A stretch of DNA of 63,269 nucleotides, filler included, from Candidatus Sysuiplasma jiujiangense (GCA_019721075.1; 3 parts of 3 records of this genome joined end to end with filler, not necessarily neighbours in it), one strand, 5' to 3'; positions 16,816 through 25,109 are shown, numbered from the whole stretch's first letter. Notes: generated by a model from the letters alone, not told the origin. Numbers and translations: made by a program.

Positions 16816-17047
16816 CCTCCTCCTTATTTTTATTTGGCTTCAATTTAGAAATCTTTGGAACGCTGGAAGGGGGAGGCGTGGTATTTTGATATGCCTTTGT
16901 CTGTTGATTTTTGACTGATTGGGCGATGGCTGCCATTCTCAACGCTGAACGAAGGTCCTGGAGGATGATGTCCCTGATGGTTGGATCCGTTATCGTTCTG
17001 GAGATCTTTCGAGCTTCTACTAGAAGATCCTGGAGGTCGTCGGTCAT
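16790..17047 (-). CDS. Hypothetical protein (85 aa)
   Basis: ORF overlapping both neighbours within the operon. Confidence 0.6.
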   Translation of the reverse strand: MTDDLQDLLVEARKISRTITDPTIRDIILQDLRSALRMAAIAQSVKNQQTKAYQNTTPPPSSVPKISKLKPNKNKEEVDENESIH

Positions 17048-17940
17048 TTCATCCCTCCGGACGGCCCAAGGATTGATGTAATTGTGCCGAGCGCGCTTAT
17101 AACCTGGCTCATCTGGTCCTGAGTGATTGAGGCCTGTTTTGCCAGCTCGGTCGTTATTGAGATCTGCGTTGTCAGCGCTCCCAGGGCTTCCTTGAGATCC
17201 GTGGTCGCGAGCGCGAACACATTCTTCCGGTATTGCTCTGCATCCTGCGGTGAGGTCTTCCTAGCAACGAACTCAAGCTCAGGATCTCCCATGCTCGAAT
17301 CTGCAACTATCCGGGGTTTTCCTTCCTCGTTGTCTATCCTCATTTTTTTAACTATCTTTGCTATTGCATCATGCTCGAAAGCGAACTCCCTGGCCAGGAT
17401 GGCACCTGAGAGAACACCTCGGTCCAAACGCTTCAGCCGGAAGGTTGGGTATAATCTCCTGATCCTTTCCTCTACCTGTTCGGCAAATGGAATAATCTCT
17501 GACATTACGTCTGCCTCCTGTGATTTGATGATTGCCTTGCGGCTCCTGTATCTTATCATAAGATCGATTCCGATCACAAATGCCATTGTGGCCGCTATCT
17601 TTCCATAAACGATGAATGCAGACTGGTTCGTCCATATCATGTACTGCACTGGGGATTGCCCGAGCAGGATGTAGTACATCAGGTCTCCAGCGCCATTGAA
17701 TATCAGCGTATATGAATAGAGAGGTATCACATAGGATCTTGCGGCTATGCCCATCAGGATGACAACTGATGGCACCAGAAATCCGAACGTGAATATGTGA
17801 TAATTATTCCACTGGAGCGAGATGTCGTAAGGGAAAATTGTGTACTGCCACATGATGACATCGTAGTAGGAGAACATTAAGAAGACCGCAAGTGCTATAG
17901 GATAGTCGAGCTTATTCATCTGGGTGCCCGTGTCCTTCAC
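17044..17940 (-). CDS. 4-TM membrane protein fused to a C-terminal domain paralogous to ORF 18878-19861
   Basis: Four hydrophobic segments in the N-terminal ~130 aa; the last 159 aa align without gaps to the wHTH protein. Confidence 0.85.
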   Translation of the reverse strand: MKDTGTQMNKLDYPIALAVFLMFSYYDVIMWQYTIFPYDISLQWNNYHIFTFGFLVPSVVILMGIAARSYVIPLYSYTLIFNGAGDLMYYILLGQSPVQYMIWTNQSAFIVYGKIAATMAFVIGIDLMIRYRSRKAIIKSQEADVMSEIIPFAEQVEERIRRLYPTFRLKRLDRGVLSGAILAREFAFEHDAIAKIVKKMRIDNEEGKPRIVADSSMGDPELEFVARKTSPQDAEQYRKNVFALATTDLKEALGALTTQISITTELAKQASITQDQMSQVISALGTITSILGPSGGMK

Positions 17941-18332
17941 GATTTCACCTTTCCTTTTTTATTCATCGCATTTTTATAATTGATTTCAGACGTGGTTTTG
18001 GGTGGGGGGTTAATAGTTGTTCCTTCTGGCTGCTTAAGTTTAGTCAGTTCGATGAAATCCGAGAGCCTGAGTGTGATCCTGGCATCCATCAATTTTTCCC
18101 TTTTGCCATGTTGGATTAACATCGGAATCTTTCCTTCCTCCTTTGCCTTCTCCAATATGCTTACCCAGAGTTTGGTTGGAAGTGACTGTTTTCCGTCTTT
18201 CATCTCTATGTAGAAATCTTCGTGAAGGGTGTCGCTTTTTGTCTGATGTGACATGGATCCTGAGAATGGGTTTCGTTTTGTTCCGAAGATCTTGGAGAAC
18301 TTGAGTTCGTTATCTTTCCAGGTTTTTACCAT
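17937..18332 (-). CDS. Holliday junction resolvase-like PD-(D/E)xK nuclease
   Basis: WKDNE...RNPFSG...SD...FYIEMK...GKIPML pattern typical of viral Hjc-like resolvases. Confidence 0.75.
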   Translation of the reverse strand: MVKTWKDNELKFSKIFGTKRNPFSGSMSHQTKSDTLHEDFYIEMKDGKQSLPTKLWVSILEKAKEEGKIPMLIQHGKREKLMDARITLRLSDFIELTKLKQPEGTTINPPPKTTSEINYKNAMNKKGKVKS

Positions 18333-18391
18333 TTATCTCACCGTCTCCTCTTTTGGAAATTCCCTTATCCTCAAATCATGGGCATAGGACA

Positions 18392-18850
18392 TCAACATTC
18401 CACGCTTCCGTTCGTGTTTGGATTGCGCACCGGCTCTGGGACCTGACATCTGCATTTGCCGTTCTTCCCCCAGCATCTCAGTGTGAACATCCTCGAGTCT
18501 CTCTCAGGACCCATTATTCTTTCGGACATTAACCTGGACTCCCGTTCCAGAAGTTCCAGCCGCCTTCCCAGCCCGCTGATTTCCTCTCCTTGCGCTGATG
18601 ATTTTTTCATGAGATCATCAAGGTCTTCCCTTATCTTCCCTACCTCTTCCAGGAATTCTTCTACCTGTATTGTCCCAATGTCCTTCCTGTCGTCCTCGTA
18701 TGTCACGAGGTGTAACCATTGGCGCCCGCCCGAATATATCCGGATGTTTGAGGTCGCATCATCCCTCAGCACGTATAATCCACGGGGAACCCTTCCCACT
18801 GGATCCCCACAATTCTTACAAGTTGATATGCCATTACGGTTGTTATTCAT
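18392..18850 (-). CDS. Zn-binding/coiled-coil protein
   Basis: CKNC at the N-terminus, central heptads, Cys-rich C-terminus. Confidence 0.65.
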   Translation of the reverse strand: MNNNRNGISTCKNCGDPVGRVPRGLYVLRDDATSNIRIYSGGRQWLHLVTYEDDRKDIGTIQVEEFLEEVGKIREDLDDLMKKSSAQGEEISGLGRRLELLERESRLMSERIMGPERDSRMFTLRCWGKNGKCRCQVPEPVRNPNTNGSVEC

Positions 18851-18877
18851 TGTGACGCACCACCAATGGAGAAGAAT

Positions 18878-19861
18878 TCATTTCATCCCTCCGGATGGCC
18901 CGAGGATTGATGTAATCGTGCCGAGCGCGCTTATGACCTGGCTCATCTGGTCCTGGGTGATGGAGGCCTGTTTTGCCAGCTCAGTTGTTATTGAGATCTG
19001 CGTTGTCAGTGCTCCCAGGGCTTCCTTGAGATCCGTGGTCGCAAGCGTTAGAGTGTTGGACCTGATATGCTCCATGTCCTCGCTCGAGGTTTCCCTGTCC
19101 ACTGTCTCGAGCTCCGGGAACCCTTTGCTCTGGTCCACGATTATCCTGGGCTTTCCCTTCTCGTTATCGATCCTCATGTGCTTCACCTTTTCGGCTATCG
19201 GGTGGTGCTCATAGGCGTATTCCCTGGAAATGATTCTGCCGGAAAGTATCCCCCGATCCAGACGTTTTAATCTGAAGTCACTGTGGATCCTTCGGATTTT
19301 TGATTCCACCTGTTCAGCGAATGGCATGATTTCCGACATTATGTCCGCTTCCTGGGATTCGACATCGCCGGAGGCCTTGAGGTATCTCTGAACGCCTGTT
19401 ATTATGAGTGACTTTGTGGAGAGGATTGCGGTGAAATCCTCAAACTGGATGATGTTCTTCGACCAGTGCTCGAGTGGGACTATCTTCGAAGGATGGTCCT
19501 TGAATGATATGATAGCTGGATCTCTGACCGGGTTCACCAGGTCGAACTTGATCTGGAGGCGGTGAAGGCGAATCTTCATGTCCGACATTTTCTCACGGGG
19601 TGTTGCATTAATAGACCCCCCCGTGAGAGGATTCCTCACGGGGTGTTGCATTAATTCCTGGCCTGATGGAAGAACTGTATAGAGAACCTGATTAGAACGG
19701 ACCAGGCGAGCAACGAAGCCTCTTTTCTCCATCTGCCTGATATCCCTCAGCACTGACGACGGATTGATGCCGAGAGAAGCCGCTATTTTCCTGATTGGAA
19801 GACCTCTCGACAGGCCCTCGAGGATCACCATGTGGGTGTTCCCTACCCGGAAGGCCCTCAT
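18878..19861 (-). CDS. Winged-HTH DNA-binding protein (candidate replication initiator)
   Basis: IRKIAASLGINPSSVLRDIRQMEKRGFV wHTH; overlaps the iteron-like repeats. Confidence 0.75.
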   Translation of the reverse strand: MRAFRVGNTHMVILEGLSRGLPIRKIAASLGINPSSVLRDIRQMEKRGFVARLVRSNQVLYTVLPSGQELMQHPVRNPLTGGSINATPREKMSDMKIRLHRLQIKFDLVNPVRDPAIISFKDHPSKIVPLEHWSKNIIQFEDFTAILSTKSLIITGVQRYLKASGDVESQEADIMSEIMPFAEQVESKIRRIHSDFRLKRLDRGILSGRIISREYAYEHHPIAEKVKHMRIDNEKGKPRIIVDQSKGFPELETVDRETSSEDMEHIRSNTLTLATTDLKEALGALTTQISITTELAKQASITQDQMSQVISALGTITSILGPSGGMK

Positions 19862-20025
19862 GGTGGTTTCCTCACAGGTGTTGCATTAATGGTGTTGCAT
19901 TTATCCTCACGGGGTGTTGCATTAATAGGCGATAAAAAAAGGTGGTCGGGGCCGTGATTTGCTGGCTCCGGCGTGGGTGTTGCATTAATGCCTACCCGTG
20001 AGCTCACGGGGTGTTGCATTAATTC
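19592..20025. repeat. Seven copies of GGTGTTGCATT(A/T)AT, four within the exact longer CTCACGGGGTGTTGCATTAAT, plus palindromes
   Basis: Copies near 19592, 19635, 19871, 19891, 19906, 19975 and 20003; perfect palindrome CCCGTGAGCTCACGGG at 19995-20010. Confidence 0.9.
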
Positions 20026-20976
20026 ACTGAACAAGACCAGAAGGGCTTTCTCTTTCAATTCACCGGGCGGATCTTCATCCTCATCCTCCCGACTGGTTCC
20101 ATCGGCATTTGAGTGGTCCGTTCCCCGTCGGTCCATACCGTTCAATCCCGGAGCTTTCTGGGAGTCCAGGGCAATACGCGCAGCCTCGATGGCATCTCCC
20201 TGGGACGGATGCAGGTAGATTGACGTGGAATCAAGGTCCTCATGGCCAAGGAGCCTTGAGACATACAGGATTGATACGCCTCTTTTCAGCAGGTCGGTTG
20301 CGTAAGTATGACGTGCCATGTGAGGGTGGAATTTCACGCCTGCGGCAAAGGCGACATCCTGGCATATCTTTCGGAAATAATCGTATGACATCCTCCTGTC
20401 TGCCTTGGTCGTGAACAGATAGCCCAGGTCTTCCCTTCCCGATGGTGCCACCCTGTGCGGGATGTATTCCTGGATTGCCGTCCTTGCCTGGATCGGAAGG
20501 TAGATCTCCCTGACCTTCTGGCCTTTTCCCTTTACCGTTATGGTATTGGGACCGATGTCTGATATTTTCAGATCCACCGCTTCGCCCAGCCGGATGCCAG
20601 TGCCAAACAGGAGGGAGAACATGCAGTATTCGCGTGGGCCCTTCCTCTTCGCCGTTGCCATCAGGCGACGGACCTCCTCGGGACCGCAATACTGGATCGT
20701 GAACTCGGATCCGTATTCCTTGAAATACTTCATCTCCTCGATTCCCTTCCATCGGAGCCACCGGTTCAGGATCTTGATGTAGCCGTTGGCGGTCTTGTTT
20801 CCCTTGCTCTGCCATATCGCTCGAATGAACATCTGTGCCGCTTCGAGGCTCATCGACCCGTCTGAGTGGACCGAGAAATACTCTATCTTCCTCAGAGTCT
20901 GGCTCACCGTGTGGGGGCTGAATCTCTGCTTATCGATCATCCATTTCTGAAATTCTTCCATTTCATTCATTATCAT
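19858..20976 (-). CDS. Tyrosine integrase (Xer-like, SAM-like N-domain plus catalytic domain) with a repeat-derived C-terminal tail
   Basis: GTGIRLGE, KGKGQK, HPHMARHTYAT, LLGH, TSIY; GGGAGG RBS before ATG 20976. Confidence 0.92.
   Translation of the reverse strand: MIMNEMEEFQKWMIDKQRFSPHTVSQTLRKIEYFSVHSDGSMSLEAAQMFIRAIWQSKGNKTANGYIKILNRWLRWKGIEEMKYFKEYGSEFTIQYCGPEEVRRLMATAKRKGPREYCMFSLLFGTGIRLGEAVDLKISDIGPNTITVKGKGQKVREIYLPIQARTAIQEYIPHRVAPSGREDLGYLFTTKADRRMSYDYFRKICQDVAFAAGVKFHPHMARHTYATDLLKRGVSILYVSRLLGHEDLDSTSIYLHPSQGDAIEAARIALDSQKAPGLNGMDRRGTDHSNADGTSREDEDEDPPGELKEKALLVLFSELMQHPVSSRVGINATPTPEPANHGPDHLFLSPINATPREDKCNTINATPVRKPP
20111..20138 (+). other. Candidate attP core resembling the 3' end of an archaeal tRNA-Ala
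   Basis: TT-CCCCG-TCGGTCC-A (20121-20135) fits T-loop end, T-stem, acceptor strand with U70 and discriminator A; framed as an 11-6-11 imperfect inverted repeat. Confidence 0.55.
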
Positions 20977-21241
20977 ATTCCTCCCATTCTTCGCCGTCCG
21001 GAGAGGCGATCTCGTCCTCCATTGCTTCAAAACAACTGCTGCACACCCCATATTTTGGGATATATGTGAAATCCTCAATTTCTATCCCAGCGACGAAACT
21101 GCCACAACTTGGACAGAAGCCCGCTTCCCTTGCATGCTTTTCACAGAAGGCATTCCCGCGTGGTTCCTCAGGATAAAAAAAATAATTGCCCTCCTCTCCG
21201 CATGTCACACACTTGATAACTTCACCATTTCGGCGCGTCAT
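20963..21241 (-). CDS. Zn-finger protein (92 aa)
   Basis: CVTC, CEKH, CPSC and CSSC motifs; acidic tail. Confidence 0.75.
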   Translation of the reverse strand: MTRRNGEVIKCVTCGEEGNYFFYPEEPRGNAFCEKHAREAGFCPSCGSFVAGIEIEDFTYIPKYGVCSSCFEAMEDEIASPDGEEWEEYDNE

Positions 21242-21588
21242 TTCGCTATTGCCTCCAAAATCCTGGAAGCCTCGTCCTTCGTGAGGTCGTCGAGGCCTTT
21301 TCCCGTGAGATTGATTGCTCTCGCAATCTCTTTCGATTCGCTGTCCTTCCTTGATAGGATCCTCTCAATGAACGCCCTCTGGTTCGGCGTTATCTTCTGC
21401 GGATCCTTCTTTGGATCTTTTATACCTTTTTCCTCGAGCCAGAAATGATACGGCTTGAGGGCCTTCTCAATTATGACGGATTGAACCGCAGACATCTCCT
21501 TCGGGAACTTGAGCTTGATGGAAAGAACCGTCTGGAGGGCGTAGTCCAGCCATTCGTCGAAGGGATCCTTTTTTTTCTGTTCTTCCAT
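21238..21588 (-). CDS. Hypothetical protein with T-x-x-Q...LTK-x-EAS motif (as in tails of viral recombination proteins)
   Basis: ITPNQRAFIERIL...LTKDEASRIL. Confidence 0.65.
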   Translation of the reverse strand: MEEQKKKDPFDEWLDYALQTVLSIKLKFPKEMSAVQSVIIEKALKPYHFWLEEKGIKDPKKDPQKITPNQRAFIERILSRKDSESKEIARAINLTGKGLDDLTKDEASRILEAIAK

Positions 21589-21589
21589 T

Positions 21590-21766
21590 TCAGCGGACCT
21601 CCCTGCATGCCTGGATCATGTTTGGCGGGACGTCGAACTGGCTCGTTCGGGTCTTTACACAGACATGGCCGTTGTCCAGGACTTCGCCCGGATACGTGAA
21701 CTGGCCTCCGAAAATGACTATCCGGACCTTCTTTCCGATGTAATCCTTCATTTCTTCCGGGTTCAT
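21590..21766 (-). CDS. 58-aa protein, possibly Sm/LSm-like fold
   Basis: MKDYIGKKVRIVIFGGQFTYPGEVL resembles the Sm1 motif; ATGA coupling and GGAGG RBS. Confidence 0.55.
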   Translation of the reverse strand: MNPEEMKDYIGKKVRIVIFGGQFTYPGEVLDNGHVCVKTRTSQFDVPPNMIQACREVR

Positions 21767-21924
21767 TTCGGGATGCCTCCTGTCAGGATTGTCTTCGACC
21801 CATTGGGCCAGGTTTCGCCGCACAGGCACTCGTGGTCTCCGAGGTGATTCGCGGGACGCTTACAGAAGTGTTTATCGCCGGGAACTCCGAAAGCAGACCA
21901 GCATCGAGACTGGAAGTGCCTCAT
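21763..21924 (-). CDS. 53-aa Cys/His microprotein (not in ORF track)
   Basis: MRHFQSRCWSAFGVPGDKHFCKRPANHLGDHECLCGETW...; ATGA overlaps on both sides. Confidence 0.6.
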   Translation of the reverse strand: MRHFQSRCWSAFGVPGDKHFCKRPANHLGDHECLCGETWPNGSKTILTGGIPK

Positions 21925-22100
21925 TGCAGCTGCCCCCATCTTTCCAGGTTCTTGTTCTCCCTAGACCAGGATTCCAGAATCATGTTCCTGTAGCAGATCG
22001 TATGGTAGCTGTGCATTTCAAATGCGACCGTATAGACGTTGACATATCCTCCCTGGTGGACGTCTATTGGCGACTTGCAGACCTCGCATTTCTTTGTCAT
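21921..22100 (-). CDS. 59-aa Zn-finger microprotein (CxxC...HxxC)
   Basis: MTKKCEVCKSPI...YHTICY; ATGA overlap. Confidence 0.7.
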   Translation of the reverse strand: MTKKCEVCKSPIDVHQGGYVNVYTVAFEMHSYHTICYRNMILESWSRENKNLERWGQLQ

Positions 22101-22261
22101 GGTCCTGCCCCCTCCCAGTCGTCTTCGTCGTCCTCGCCTGGCCAAATGCCGTCCTTTGTAGAGATATGGCAACAGGATGGGCATACTCTCTGGCCACACG
22201 TGTCGCAGTCCGGGCACCTGCATGTTCGGAACTCTCCATCAGTATCACAGGTATCGCACAT
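22097..22261 (-). CDS. 54-aa Cys-rich microprotein with acidic tail (not in ORF track)
   Basis: MCDTCDTDGEFRTCRCPDCDTCGQRVCPSCCH...EDDEDDW; TGATG overlap. Confidence 0.65.
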   Translation of the reverse strand: MCDTCDTDGEFRTCRCPDCDTCGQRVCPSCCHISTKDGIWPGEDDEDDWEGAGP

Positions 22262-22431
22262 CAGAACCTCACCTGCCTTACCATTCCCCGAGAACTGTCG
22301 GGCGTCCTGGGGAAGGTATATCTATCTATCTCATGGTGTGTTGGATTATTTCGTCTATGTTCCTTATAGCCATGACGGGTATATTCGCGTCCACAGGAAC
22401 AAACAAAGCGAGCCATCGAGTGTTGGGGCAT
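22261..22431 (-). CDS. 56-aa C2H2-like microprotein (not in ORF track)
   Basis: FVCSCGREYTRHGYKEHRRNNPTHH; TGATG overlap. Confidence 0.6.
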   Translation of the reverse strand: MPQHSMARFVCSCGREYTRHGYKEHRRNNPTHHEIDRYTFPRTPDSSRGMVRQVRF

Positions 22432-22688
22432 CAGAATCCCAGCTCCTTTAGTATCTTACCGCATTGCTTGCACCTTACCACTGGAGGCGTATTGCCGTCT
22501 TCCACTAAATTGATTTCCTCCCTGTCATAATGCTTGCATTCCTCCTTGGTCTGTGCACGGACATAATTCAAGAGTCTTTCAAGGTCATAGTCGAAGCTAT
22601 TCCCGGGCCCGCCGATCTCCAATTTCTCACAGATTTGGTGTAGATCATACACCAGGATGGATCTCACCCGCTGATGCTCCATTGGCAT
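22431..22688 (-). CDS. 85-aa Zn-ribbon protein
   Basis: CKH...CKQCG motif; TGATG overlap. Confidence 0.7.
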   Translation of the reverse strand: MPMEHQRVRSILVYDLHQICEKLEIGGPGNSFDYDLERLLNYVRAQTKEECKHYDREEINLVEDGNTPPVVRCKQCGKILKELGF

Positions 22689-22819
22689 CAGAATCCAGCC
22701 TCCTTGAACTGCTTCCCAAGGGATCTCATGTCATCGTCGTCAAGGACACAGAGGAGCTTGAATTCATTCGAGATTGTCCAGAGCCCTATATCCAGTTGCT
22801 TCTCCAGCTTTATCGGCAT
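22688..22819 (-). CDS. 43-aa microprotein (not in ORF track)
   Basis: MPIKLEKQLDIGLWTISNEFKLLCVLDDDDMRSLGKQFKEAGF; TGATG overlaps and GGAGG RBS. Confidence 0.55.
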   Translation of the reverse strand: MPIKLEKQLDIGLWTISNEFKLLCVLDDDDMRSLGKQFKEAGF

Positions 22820-22971
22820 CAGAGGTCACCCTCCAGGCAGGATCCACATACTAAAAATCCGCAGATTGACCGCAGATCATCGATGGATCCACACCTTTCA
22901 CAGACCATCGGTCTCGGAAGGTCCTGGGATATTGATTCTACCTCAATGTCTATATCCTTCCGTGGGATCAT
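22819..22971 (-). CDS. 50-aa Zn-finger microprotein (not in ORF track)
   Basis: VCERCGS...LVCGSCL; GGAGGT RBS. Confidence 0.65.
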   Translation of the reverse strand: MIPRKDIDIEVESISQDLPRPMVCERCGSIDDLRSICGFLVCGSCLEGDL

Positions 22972-23129
22972 GCTGTCGAACCTCCGAGCTTCGCGGTTTG
23001 GGGTTCATTTTTTTCTTTCCCGGCTTCGATGAGTCTCCGTATTACGTGGTCATAGGGTTCCCACCGGTCCGTCTTCAGCGCCGTCAATTCTTCCTTCGTC
23101 TCTTCTTTCACTACTATGGTCTTGTCCAT
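22968..23129 (-). CDS. RHH/antitoxin-like DNA-binding protein (53 aa; its start is also at base 83, across the circular junction)
   Basis: MDKTIVVKEETKEELTALKTDRWEPYDHVIRRLI matches the archaeal T-I-x-V-x-x-ET...ESYDDVIRRLL regulator pattern. Confidence 0.75.
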   Translation of the reverse strand: MDKTIVVKEETKEELTALKTDRWEPYDHVIRRLIEAGKEKNEPQTAKLGGSTA

Positions 23130-23145
23130 CTAAAGCCACCTACAG
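23047..23145 (+). repeat. Terminal direct repeat, copy 2
   Basis: Identical to 1-99. Confidence 0.97.
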
Positions 23146-23245
23146 NNNNNNNNNNNNNNNNNNNNNNNNNNNNNNNNNNNNNNNNNNNNTTAATTAATTA
23201 ANNNNNNNNNNNNNNNNNNNNNNNNNNNNNNNNNNNNNNNNNNNN
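23146..23245. other. Artificial contig linker
   Basis: N-run with central TTAATTAATTAA (stops in all frames). Confidence 0.98.
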
Positions 23246-23957
23246 GAGGGATGCGATAGACACTGTCTGGAACGAAACACGGCTGGGCGCACGCCTCCTG
23301 TTCAGGGAGCTGAGGAGGCGCGGATACCGCATACAGCACCACAAGCTCAACAGGTACCTGCTCGAAACGGGCAGGACGGTGCCCAATCCAAGGAAACAGA
23401 GGAAGCGCTCACGCTGCCGTTACGAACGTGAGCACTCGCTCTCCCTTGTTCATGGCGACTGGCACAGGACAGGCGAAAACCATCCATACGCAATAGTATG
23501 GATGGACGATGCATCCGGGATGATCCTTTCAGCAGGTGAATTCACGGAGGCTACAACCGAACATTCGATAGAGACGCTCCGTGAGGCGATGCTCGCTGCT
23601 TCCTGCTACAACTCGGCGATAAAGGAAGTGAACACAGACAGGGGTTCGCAGTTCTACAGCAACCATCCAGACAGTGCGTCAGTGTTCCAGCAGTTCCTGC
23701 TGGACAGCGGCATAAGGCACATACCGTCAAGACGGAACAATCCTCAGACAAACGGAAAGGTAGAACGATTCTGGCATGAGTACGACAGGCACAGATGGCG
23801 CTTCCTGTCAATGCATGAATTCATTGTGTGGTATAACAACAGGATGCACGGCGCACTGTGGACGGCCATCGCCGAGAGGCCGTCGGAGGCAATCGTCAGG
23901 AAGCTGCAGCCGGAGTCAATCCTGGGCATGTTCATGGAAGAGGTTGAATGCCGATGA
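23246..23957 (+). CDS. IS481-like DDE (rve) transposase, 5'-truncated by the contig edge; element probably ends at ACA 24012
   Basis: LVHGDW, MDDAS, TDRGSQF, PQTNGKVERF. Confidence 0.85.
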
Positions 23958-24131
23958 GGGCTGAACAGAGAAATGGAAAGGCTTATAGCGGAAATGATTG
24001 CCGTACTCTACACTGAGTCCAGTATGCCCGAAGGTTTTTGATACAACTGCAATGTCGTCTATTCCAGCACACCGTGCCCTCTGGAGAGTGCCTTGCGAAC
24101 AGGAGCTGTTGCTGCAGTGATGCCATATGTG

Positions 24132-25109
24132 TCACTGCGGCTGCTGGGCGTCGGATTCCTTCTGTTCCGCGGCCTCCCTGTTCGCTGCCCTCTCCTCGGC
24201 ACGTCTGAGTCTCCCCGTGCATGTCTCGCTGAGCTGGAGGAGGAACTGTTTGAACGGTACATCCTCCCTGTAGAACACAGACCATATGAGCTGGAGTTCC
24301 TGCTCATATGCGAAGAGGAAGAAACGTATCTTCACATCCTTTGACTTCGACCTGATGGTTGCCTCGTCCTGGACTCTGAAGCCTCTTTCCATATTCCATC
24401 TTCCGCGGTATGCCTGAACTATGCTGTCCAGGTCTATTTCCTGCCGGTTTGTTGCAAAACACCAGTCCATGCGCTTTCCCAGTATCTTCTCGAATATCTT
24501 CCTGAGAAAGGGGACAGTTGTTTCGCCCTTCAGCACTGTCTTGTTCACGTTCACACTGAAACTGCAATCCACTGTCTTTCTCTCATCCTGAAGCATGCCG
24601 GCGAGTTCTCTCTTCACCACTGCTGTCTTCCTCAGGAAGAGCAGATAGGGGATGCTCATGTGCGAGAGCATGAGCATCAGTTCATTGTTGTGGAAACCCC
24701 TGTCGAACAGCACGAGCCTGACAGAGCGGAGGAGCGGCCTCACAAGCGACAGGCAGTAACACACGTCGACGGCCATGTTGTTCCCTGCATGCACCGGTAT
24801 TGAGAGCAGCGGCACCTTCTCCGGCACATCGTGGCTGACGAGTGAACAGGTGAGGAAACGGAACTTGCCCATGACGGCATGCTCACCCGTCCAGGCATGC
24901 ATCCATATGCCGTTCAGTCTGCCGTAGAAGTCCTCATCCGTGCAGTCGAATGCAAGAACAGCATCATGCGCACTGAAATTCGACCTTCTGTCCATGATCT
25001 GCAGCGTCTTCAGATATTCGTAGTAGACGGCAGACATGGGAACCCTCCTTATCGCGAGATGTATGCTGTCCGCCCTGTCGCCCACTGTTTCCAGATACGT
25101 GTTAGCCAT
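24132..25109 (-). mobile_element. ISH3/IS4-like DDE transposase, probably degraded at the N-terminus
   Basis: AFDCTDEDFYG, LFDRGF, YRGRWNMERGFR. Confidence 0.75.

Larger units (their letters stand above)
1..23145. mobile_element. Complete circular archaeal virus genome (~23,046 bp), temperate and probably enveloped (spindle-shaped/pleomorphic-like)
   Basis: Bases 1-99 are identical to 23047-23145. Genes are dense and mostly on the minus strand. Contains integrase, VP2-like protein, packaging-type ATPase and membrane structural genes; no housekeeping genes. Confidence 0.88.

Noticed and set aside
17044..19045. Near-identical 168-bp pair as DGR template/variable repeats
   Set aside because: Differences are all synonymous and not adenine-specific, and there is no reverse transcriptase.
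19592..20025. Repeats as a mini-CRISPR array
   Set aside because: Units are only 14-21 bp with irregular spacing (about 15 to 240 bp), lie inside ORFs, and have no uniform spacers.
23146..23245. Virus integrated next to the IS/katG region
   Set aside because: The join is an artificial linker, so adjacency carries no biological meaning. ORFs containing X runs are artefacts.
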